Positions 1 to 6,529 of a stretch of DNA of 23,773 nucleotides are shown in pieces. Numbering within the stretch: the first letter of the stretch is position 1; each line of letters starts with the position of its first letter. Under the pieces are notes generated by a model, which had not been told where the DNA came from, did no database searches, and saw nothing but the letters and a program-made list of their open reading frames with translations. The stretch lies in IMG/VR virus record IMGVR_UViG_3300004481_001118; one strand, written 5' to 3'. This stretch comes from a virus. The position numbers and the translations under genes were made by a program.

Positions 1-189
1 ACCTGCGCCTGTGGGTTCAGCACGCCCTATCCGGTGCCCGTCTCGTGTACACCCTACGTGTGCAGGAGTTGTTCAGGGATGAAACAGGTGTTCTCTTGAT
101 GCGCGGGAGCACCCACAATGGGAGCTAGCGGTGACGGAAGCAAGTACGGTCACGGTCAGAAGCTGTGACACAGTGGAGAGGAGATACCG

Positions 190-612
190 ATGGGAGCAGG
201 GATAGACGGAGACAAGGACAGCCCTCGAGACCGTGAGTCAGACCAGGAAAGGCTCGAGAGGTGGCTCGAGTGGCTCGATCAGGCGGGGATCAAGGTGCAA
301 CCACCTGGTGCAACCACATCGGTCAAGGTCTCAGACCCGTACAGGACTCACGCGGACTGTCAAGGATGTGTGGTGCTCAGGGCAGCGTGCTCGGGGCTGG
401 CTCGGAGCCGTAACCTCGCGGTCGAGGAATCCCACAGGCTCAGGGAGAGGCACAGGATCACCTTGGTGGTAGGTGTGTTGGCGAACATCTCCGTGACAGG
501 TCTGCTCCTGAGCTCGCGGTGGCCTGCGGTGGGCGTTCTGGGTGCGGTTGCACTGGTGATTGCGCTGGCGACTGCGGCAGCCCTACTGGGATCTCGCAGC
601 GGAACGCAGTGA
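190..612 (+). CDS. hypothetical membrane protein (charged N-terminus, two C-terminal TM helices)
   Basis: 140-aa ORF. GGAGAGGAG Shine-Dalgarno about 7 nt before the ATG. Hydrophobic segments ITLVVGVLANISVTGLLL and AVGVLGAVALVIALATAAALLG. Confidence 0.5.
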   Translation: MGAGIDGDKDSPRDRESDQERLERWLEWLDQAGIKVQPPGATTSVKVSDPYRTHADCQGCVVLRAACSGLARSRNLAVEESHRLRERHRITLVVGVLANISVTGLLLSSRWPAVGVLGAVALVIALATAAALLGSRSGTQ

Positions 613-644
613 ATCATCAGTGATTCATCTCGGGAGCATGGGTT

Positions 645-1487
645 ATGAGTCCATCCAGTATCCTCGGCACAATTTCCTCACCATTTCATGCCGTGAACAG
701 TGTTCGTCCAGGTGCGCACCGTTGGTCAGACAAGTTCCCCGGATCAAATGTCCACATCCCAGGTGGCTCTCGTGAGGTTATGGACAGTTCTTCTTGTTCT
801 TGTTCATCATATTCATCATACCGTTCAAGGATGGGTTACATCCACGACATACTTCCAGCGATCCTTCATCCGGGCTCGCGTCTGAGGTTCCTTGGCCTGC
901 CGTTCAGGTGGTTTCCGTTCGATCCTGAAAGATCTCGCGAGGGTACGAATCTTGCCAAGGGAACACACCTGTGGAGAGAACCCTTCTGTCACCCAGGACC
1001 TGATGAAGCGTTGTTGTACAACACGATGCTCTACACGTCCGGTGCACGAGCTCAGCGAGCTGTCGACACAGACAGGCTACGCTCTGAACTCATCCAGGCA
1101 AGGTACCCGCAGAACATTGAAATGCACGCTCGTTTCTCTTGCTCTAGTGAACGACTCGTTGATTACGTACCGAACGAATCGTGTCTTGTTCTGGCTGTCA
1201 TCACGTTTGATTGTCTCCCGGCCGAGGAGCGTTCCAGGATCGTCAGGAACAGGATCAAGACAAAGGAAGCGATCCTACGTTTGGGTTCTTCAGATTGGAC
1301 ATTGGCTGGGAAGATACCAGCTGTTGAGCGTGTCGAGGAACGTTATCTATCGTCCGCGCTTTCCTGCATGTTTACCCCATGGATCATGATCATGTCTGTT
1401 TCTTCTCCTCCCGCGTCCGAGGTGTCATTCGGTTGGACGAACGCATTGGAGTGTTTTGAACGTGTCAAGACAACAACACCCACCTGA
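645..1487 (+). CDS. hypothetical protein; start and frame uncertain (GC-rich region with two long overlapping open frames)
   Basis: Longest ORF here (280 aa). The first ~60 aa are S/P/R-rich and not protein-like. From the internal ATG at 831 the translation (MGYIHDILPAILHPGSRLRF...) resembles the PG/GW family. The competing frame 700..885 carries a GWV motif. No opposing ORFs. Confidence 0.3.
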   Translation: MSPSSILGTISSPFHAVNSVRPGAHRWSDKFPGSNVHIPGGSREVMDSSSCSCSSYSSYRSRMGYIHDILPAILHPGSRLRFLGLPFRWFPFDPERSREGTNLAKGTHLWREPFCHPGPDEALLYNTMLYTSGARAQRAVDTDRLRSELIQARYPQNIEMHARFSCSSERLVDYVPNESCLVLAVITFDCLPAEERSRIVRNRIKTKEAILRLGSSDWTLAGKIPAVERVEERYLSSALSCMFTPWIMIMSVSSPPASEVSFGWTNALECFERVKTTTPT

Positions 1488-1785
1488 TGATATTCACCCG
1501 GGAATGATGATCATTTCTGTCGAGTCTAGAGACACACCTGCGTACAGTGCACCTGAGGCATGGAGATCGTTCAAACGTACGGGAGGCTATGTCTATGTGT
1601 GGAATGTTCCCGATCGTTCAGCCTCTCTCGTGCTCGCGGTCGTGCTCATTAGCAAGAATGCAATTGAACTCAAGGATGCTCCGTATGCTGCCATGATCCT
1701 CAACGAGAATGGCTATGGTTGGATACGATTCGTCCCCAGCCTGTACAGGATCTTGTCCGCGGTGAATGGGTGTTCTTCAAGGTGA
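1456..1785 (+). CDS. PG...GW small paralog family member
   Basis: N-terminal IHPGMMIISV and C-terminal GYGWIRF motifs. Overlaps the upstream gene end. Confidence 0.5.
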   Translation: MNVSRQQHPPDDIHPGMMIISVESRDTPAYSAPEAWRSFKRTGGYVYVWNVPDRSASLVLAVVLISKNAIELKDAPYAAMILNENGYGWIRFVPSLYRILSAVNGCSSR

Positions 1786-2081
1786 TGATGCCCATCGTTC
1801 CAGGATCATTGCTTAGGGTGAAGATCAACTACTATCCGGTCTATGATTCGCACTTATCATGGTCAGTCGCCCACCCATACACGTACCTCCGCGCGCTCGA
1901 GCGCCATGAGATCATCACAGTTCTTGCTGTCATTGATGACGGTCCGTTCAATGACAAGGTGCTGTATTCAGAGCTGTATTCAGACCAGAATGGTCGCAGG
2001 TCGTTCATCATCTCCAATGCGGGTACAGGTTGGATCATGTTGTTTGAACACGAGTTTGAGGTCATTGCTCATGGGCATTGA
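1785..2081 (+). CDS. PG...GW small paralog family member
   Basis: ATG at 1785 overlaps the upstream TGA (TGATG). Motifs MMPIVPGSLLRV ... GTGWIML. Confidence 0.6.
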   Translation: MMPIVPGSLLRVKINYYPVYDSHLSWSVAHPYTYLRALERHEIITVLAVIDDGPFNDKVLYSELYSDQNGRRSFIISNAGTGWIMLFEHEFEVIAHGH

Positions 2082-2403
2082 TGTTGACTACGCGCTCGTT
2101 CCGGGTTTGATCCTCATGAACCGCAGGTTGTGCTACAATGTGTACAGGACCCCGCCCATGAACGATCCGTACGAGTTGAGGTCGTTCTACATTCCAAGGA
2201 ACACAGTGTTCCTCGTTGTCTCCGTGTTGTCTCCCGCGCCTGCCCACGAGCAGTCCGGTGAACGGCAACACGTTCGGCTTGGTCGGTCCGGCAGCATCGT
2301 TGTCAGAGACTACAGGAACCTGCTCGTTGTCTGCGGCAAAGGACTCGGTTGGATCTCTGTCTCTGTAGACCTCTCAGACTTTGGACTAGAGAGGATCATG
2401 TGA
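2071..2403 (+). CDS. PG...GW small paralog family member
   Basis: Internal ATG at 2071 of the track ORF 1843..2403. Motifs ALVPGLILM ... GLGWISV. Confidence 0.55.
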   Translation: MGIDVDYALVPGLILMNRRLCYNVYRTPPMNDPYELRSFYIPRNTVFLVVSVLSPAPAHEQSGERQHVRLGRSGSIVVRDYRNLLVVCGKGLGWISVSVDLSDFGLERIM

Positions 2404-2407
2404 TGTT

Positions 2408-2746
2408 ATGTCATCAACAATGACAAATACGAGGATCGTACCGGGCACCCTGTGGATACCCATACGGCCATTGAGCCGGTCTCCTCATGATTCGCTTATG
2501 ATCACCTCTCCACTCTGCCCTGTCTATGATTCCCCGTACGCCTGGTCGTCGATCGTGGGTCGCAGGTTCCTGCGTCACCTCAAGTACGATCAACCCATCC
2601 TGATCATCTGTGTGTTCCAACCTCCCAGCGTGTACAATGCCGATAGGACGATCATCTTCATCCTTGATGATCAAGGGTTGGGCTGGATCTCATCGGACCC
2701 ACATCGTGTCGATCACCTGTTGTGTCTGACACGTGGTGGTGTGTAG
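2408..2746 (+). CDS. PG...GW small paralog family member
   Basis: Motifs RIVPGTLWI ... GLGWISS. Confidence 0.6.
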   Translation: MSSTMTNTRIVPGTLWIPIRPLSRSPHDSLMITSPLCPVYDSPYAWSSIVGRRFLRHLKYDQPILIICVFQPPSVYNADRTIIFILDDQGLGWISSDPHRVDHLLCLTRGGV

Positions 2747-2758
2747 TCTACCCGCATT

Positions 2759-3070
2759 GTGTGGTATGATCAGGTCATGAAGTCTTCCACGTTCTACATG
2801 CTCTGCACCGCGTTCTGTACGTTCTCTGGTGTGGGTCTATATGCACTCAGGCCCTGGAACCTGCTCGCAATCGAGTTGTCATCTAGCAACGTCGCAGGAT
2901 CGGTCCCACCTGCAAGCTTCATCATCTATGACGGTCCGACGTTCGGTGTTGATGACATCGGCCTCGTGATCTCATGTACGAGCATCAACAGTGTTGAGTA
3001 CATCCTTCTTGTCTGCTTGGGTGGGTTGGGTTGGTTCAGGTCAAAACACATTGTTGGGGCTATCAAATGA
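2759..3070 (+). CDS. PG...GW family-like small protein (C-terminal motif only)
   Basis: Has GGLGWFRS near the C-terminus. No clear PG motif. Hydrophobic N-terminus. Confidence 0.45.
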   Translation: MWYDQVMKSSTFYMLCTAFCTFSGVGLYALRPWNLLAIELSSSNVAGSVPPASFIIYDGPTFGVDDIGLVISCTSINSVEYILLVCLGGLGWFRSKHIVGAIK

Positions 3071-3324
3071 CGTTCATGAACCCAGGCACGATGTTCGTTG
3101 TTGACTTTGATTTCAATGTGTATGAGCGTCGTGAGGGTGTAGGGTTTGTTGTCACAGGTGCAGTGATCATGTGCGCAACGTATGCCCTCGTTGTATCTGC
3201 TGTTGAATCAGCACTAGCATACGATTGGTACTATATCCTCACCTCTCGCGGTCAGGCAGCATGGATCAAGATGTACCCTGACAACGTCAAGAGGTACATC
3301 GCGTGCACTGCCTTCAGGAAATAG
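3067..3324 (+). CDS. PG...GW small paralog family member
   Basis: ATG at 3067 in an AATGA overlap with the upstream stop. Motifs MNPGTMFVV ... AAWIKM. Confidence 0.55.
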   Translation: MTFMNPGTMFVVDFDFNVYERREGVGFVVTGAVIMCATYALVVSAVESALAYDWYYILTSRGQAAWIKMYPDNVKRYIACTAFRK

Positions 3325-3333
3325 TGAACATAG

Positions 3334-3582
3334 ATGATCAGACCGGGTGACCTCATCAGATTGAACGCATACGGTACTGGCGTCATGTCAACATCCCGAC
3401 ACCTCACGGTGTTGCCCGTTGCGATGCCCACAGCAATTGACGAATGGTGTGATTGGACTGTCAATCTTTCTGACGTGTGCCTCGTCCTCGCAACCATAAA
3501 CAACAGGAGTTGGAACCTCGTATGTGTTCTCACGAAGGACGGATTCGGATGGATCACAGACAAAAACTTGGAAAGACTTTGA
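3334..3582 (+). CDS. PG...GW small paralog family member
   Basis: Motifs MIRPGDLIRL ... GFGWITD. Confidence 0.6.
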   Translation: MIRPGDLIRLNAYGTGVMSTSRHLTVLPVAMPTAIDEWCDWTVNLSDVCLVLATINNRSWNLVCVLTKDGFGWITDKNLERL

Positions 3583-3583
3583 G

Positions 3584-3832
3584 ATGATCGTTCCCGGTTC
3601 CATGATCATCTCACACATGAGGTTCCACCCTGTGTATGATCTCGGCGAAGAGTACCCAGTGTTCTTGGATTGGTATGTTCCCAACGATGAACCGATCCTT
3701 GTGATCGGAAACATGTACCGTGCATATCATCCACATAACGATACTTCTGCACATCATTGGCACTACATCGTCTGTTCACGCGGTTCTGGATGGATCTCTG
3801 AGTCAGTGAACCTGAAGATGGTGGAACTGTGA
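3584..3832 (+). CDS. PG...GW small paralog family member
   Basis: ATG at 3584, two nt after the upstream stop. Motifs MIVPGSMII ... GSGWISE. Confidence 0.6.
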   Translation: MIVPGSMIISHMRFHPVYDLGEEYPVFLDWYVPNDEPILVIGNMYRAYHPHNDTSAHHWHYIVCSRGSGWISESVNLKMVEL

Positions 3833-4068
3833 TCGCGCCCGGGAGCCTGTGTCTAACGCGTCTAATGTTGCACGCACCGTTCAACTTACACATAAACCAG
3901 GTTGATGGCACTCGAATTGGCAGTCACCTCGGTTGGTACGTGCCCGTCAACGACCCGTTCCTTGTCATCGCAAGTATTAAGTCACACGGCGACGCCACTA
4001 AGTTCTTGTACGTGCTCTGCGAACGCGGTGCAGGATGGATCGTTGATCACAAGATTGAATACATTTGA
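3829..4068 (+). CDS. PG...GW small paralog family member
   Basis: GTG start in a GTGA overlap with the upstream stop. Motifs IAPGSLCL ... GAGWIVD. Confidence 0.55.
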   Translation: MIAPGSLCLTRLMLHAPFNLHINQVDGTRIGSHLGWYVPVNDPFLVIASIKSHGDATKFLYVLCERGAGWIVDHKIEYI

Positions 4069-4078
4069 GTCATTCATC

Positions 4079-4567
4079 ATGATCATCTCTCCGGGAATGT
4101 TCGTCCGCACACTTAGCATGCTCTATGAACAGGCCACGTCGAGAAGTCCTGACGGCATCCAGTACACCGGACCTGCGGGTTGGGGGACCACTGGTTCGCG
4201 TGGTATGCTGGCGATACGCCGCGTGAGCACCGGCGAGCACACAGCATGGATCGAGTGTGAACTTAGTCAATATGAGTCAGGTTGGTTCCGCGAGTCGGTG
4301 CTCAACGACGTCAATGCGTCCAACAAAAACCGTGCACCCATCACACCTGGAGATCTTGTCAAGTGCGTTCGCTCTGAACGTCAATTCCGCAAACAACCGA
4401 TCGCAAACGATCCTGATAGTTGGTCTGAACGTTGGATGCAGCGGGACAGCGTAGGAACATGCCTATCGATCGTCAGCGATGTAAACATTCCTTGTCTTCG
4501 TTGGGCGTTCATCCTGTGCGACGACAACGTTGGGTGGCTTGAAGAACCTTCACTCACGATCGCGTGA
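4079..4567 (+). CDS. tandem two-domain fusion of the PG...GW family
   Basis: Two consecutive repeats in one ORF: MIISPGMFV...SGWFRE and ITPGDLVKCV...NVGWLEE. Confidence 0.55.
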   Translation: MIISPGMFVRTLSMLYEQATSRSPDGIQYTGPAGWGTTGSRGMLAIRRVSTGEHTAWIECELSQYESGWFRESVLNDVNASNKNRAPITPGDLVKCVRSERQFRKQPIANDPDSWSERWMQRDSVGTCLSIVSDVNIPCLRWAFILCDDNVGWLEEPSLTIA

Positions 4568-4617
4568 TGTTCTTCTGTTTGGTGAAAGCACACCGGACGA
4601 TGTGTTATGATCTAGAC

Positions 4618-4836
4618 ATGGCAACAAAGAAAAAGAAGGCCGAGAGCCTCGGGTTCGAGTACACGTGTCAGAAGTGCCGCAAACGCGTCAGGTCGACTCA
4701 CCAACGAACACTGTACACGAAGGACTATATGGGCCCGTGTGGGGACAGCTTCTGCTATCACTCATGCACGATGTCCACGTGTCATCCGATCACGGTGACA
4801 GTGTGTGACGTCTGTGCTAACGAGCTGAGTCGTTGA
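4618..4836 (+). CDS. small Cys-rich zinc-ribbon-like protein
   Basis: MATKKKK start preceded by the GTGTTAtgaTCTAGAC motif. CQKC ... CDVC pairs plus extra Cys/His. Interrupts the family array. Confidence 0.5.
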   Translation: MATKKKKAESLGFEYTCQKCRKRVRSTHQRTLYTKDYMGPCGDSFCYHSCTMSTCHPITVTVCDVCANELSR

Positions 4837-4853
4837 ACGGCAACACCGAAATC

Positions 4854-5126
4854 ATGTTCGTTCCAGGTGACTTCATCAAGGTCATCCCATATCGAGCTTC
4901 GGTGGATGCGACTGCGATATTCCATGCAATCGATGTCTGGCCAGAACCCATGTCAGACATACAGTACTACAATGATCACAAGGTCGTGTACGAAAGAACA
5001 TCAGGCATCGTGATCTCAACAATCACAGTAGAACGTCATGGGCTGGTGCGACAATGGTTGTACGTGTTGTTTTCCTCGGGTAACATTGGGTGGGTCCACG
5101 CTGTCGAGGGACTTAAGGTTGCGTGA
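4854..5126 (+). CDS. PG...GW small paralog family member
   Basis: Motifs MFVPGDFIKVI ... NIGWVHA. The track ORF begins at TTG 4833; ATG 4854 is preferred. Confidence 0.6.
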   Translation: MFVPGDFIKVIPYRASVDATAIFHAIDVWPEPMSDIQYYNDHKVVYERTSGIVISTITVERHGLVRQWLYVLFSSGNIGWVHAVEGLKVA

Positions 5127-5129
5127 CGT

Positions 5130-5438
5130 ATGAACGCGAGTGAACAGCACCACCGTGTTTTGCCGGGTGATATCGTCAAAGTGTTGAAAAGTCATCAAGA
5201 CGGATCTTGCGCGAGCGCGTACATTGTCTACGACAATCCGCCACCGATCAATGCAAGAAACAGTTTCCTGTCAGAACATGACGCATTGATGCTTCAGCGC
5301 GAGTGGCGGTCGAGGATGTTCATTGATCAGTACGCAGTCTACTTTGTCGTGTGTGCTAGCAACGTTCGGTCGATGGTCATGCATTCGAGTGGGAAGCTTC
5401 TCATCATAGAGAACAAGTTCCTGAATGTGATCAGATGA
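5130..5438 (+). CDS. PG...GW family-like small protein
   Basis: N-terminal RVLPGDIVKVL. No clear GW motif. Confidence 0.5.
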   Translation: MNASEQHHRVLPGDIVKVLKSHQDGSCASAYIVYDNPPPINARNSFLSEHDALMLQREWRSRMFIDQYAVYFVVCASNVRSMVMHSSGKLLIIENKFLNVIR

Positions 5439-5686
5439 TGAGTAAACACATCAAGTTCAACGTAGATCGTCTGTTCCCACAGTGGACTGTGTTGGAACCG
5501 GGTGACACGTTTGACATCTCACAGTGTGGTCACACGTCAGAGTACTTCTTTGATCCGGAAACATCGTTGTTCACCGATACGATCTATTTTGTTGTCGCAA
5601 CGTATAAAATCGAACAGCTCACATTCTGTCCTCGGACGTACGTGATTCTGTCTGAACGTTACGGTTTACAGGAGGTGTTCCTATGA
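5435..5686 (+). CDS. PG...GW family-like small protein
   Basis: ATGA overlap with the upstream gene. LEPGDTFDI motif. Confidence 0.5.
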   Translation: MMSKHIKFNVDRLFPQWTVLEPGDTFDISQCGHTSEYFFDPETSLFTDTIYFVVATYKIEQLTFCPRTYVILSERYGLQEVFL

Positions 5687-5949
5687 TCGCACCCGGTTCA
5701 ATTGTTGTTGTCAGATCACCTGAATACGATGACCTACGTGATGTGTTCAAGAACGTGTTCCTGCATGTTGAACCATCATACGTATCGTACATCAACTGTG
5801 AGGTAGATGATGGTTCTGTCTGTTTTGTCGTTGCAAAAGTCACGGTGAAAAACACAAATGATCTTTCTCCTGATCTCGTTTGGATGTTACTCCTCACAAA
5901 CTCAGGCGAACTTGGATGGCTTGCGCGTGATGTTCTGGTCGAGGAGTGA
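5683..5949 (+). CDS. PG...GW small paralog family member
   Basis: AGGAGG Shine-Dalgarno 8 nt upstream. Motifs MIAPGSIVVV ... ELGWLAR. Confidence 0.65.
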   Translation: MIAPGSIVVVRSPEYDDLRDVFKNVFLHVEPSYVSYINCEVDDGSVCFVVAKVTVKNTNDLSPDLVWMLLLTNSGELGWLARDVLVEE

Positions 5950-6200
5950 TGATGTCAGACGTGATCGTACCTGGTGATTTCGTAAAGATCAACATCTACG
6001 CAGGTGGTTACTACGGTTGGGTGATGCCATCATTCACAAGCGCCTGCGTTAAAAGCGCTCATCTTAGACTTGATGACATTGCGTTTGTTATCGCTGTTCT
6101 GAATGACGGAATGCCTGTTACACCTTGGCTATTCTTGTTGTTGCAATCATCGAGCTACGCATGGTTTCCGAAACGGTACTTCGAAAAGTGCAAATGGTGA
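5946..6200 (+). CDS. PG...GW small paralog family member
   Basis: ATGA overlap. Motifs VIVPGDFVKI ... YGWVMP. Confidence 0.6.
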   Translation: MMMSDVIVPGDFVKINIYAGGYYGWVMPSFTSACVKSAHLRLDDIAFVIAVLNDGMPVTPWLFLLLQSSSYAWFPKRYFEKCKW

Positions 6201-6223
6201 CCTCCGAGTGTTAGTGTCTAGAC

Positions 6224-6439
6224 ATGATCAAGAAACCTGCTCAGTCGTTGGTTGGTTGTCGCGTTGAACTGGTGAGGTGTAAGGACCCGCACTCGCTGTT
6301 GAAGCAGGGTGATGAGGGTACTGTCGTCGCCGTGGATGACGCGGGAACGGCGCACATTGACTGGGACAACGGTACCAAATTCGGTCTCGTGTGGGACGCC
6401 GGCGATCGTTGGAAGGTCCTCCGTGCAGTGAACAAATAG
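6224..6439 (+). CDS. small SH3-like protein, DUF4314-like (recognition by eye, tentative)
   Basis: VGCRVELV...GDEGTVVAVDDAGTAHIDWDNGTKFGLVWDAGDRWKVL; the WDNG-type pattern is recalled from DUF4314. The ATG is embedded in the TGTCTAGACA palindrome. Confidence 0.5.
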   Translation: MIKKPAQSLVGCRVELVRCKDPHSLLKQGDEGTVVAVDDAGTAHIDWDNGTKFGLVWDAGDRWKVLRAVNK

Positions 6440-6491
6440 ACCGTTCCACCGTACGATTTACACACTCAAACAGGCACACGCCTGTCTTGGG

Positions 6492-6528
6492 TAAAATGCA
6501 GCAAAACAGCAGAGAAAAAGGAAAAGAA
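6492..6528 (+). promoter_or_regulatory. putative promoter -10 element (TAAAAT) and A-rich leader with AAGGAAAAG ribosome-binding site upstream of the MVP gene
   Basis: Largest intergenic spacer on the + strand of the array (about 90 bp). TAAAAT at 6492-6497. Purine-rich RBS before ATG 6530. No convincing -35. Confidence 0.25.
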
Positions 6529-6529
6529 A

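Noticed and set aside
892-1389. 165-aa ORF in a second frame of the GC-rich 5' region
   Set aside because: Arg-rich, low-complexity translation. Probably an open non-coding frame, though a frameshift relationship with 700..885 cannot be excluded (see finding).
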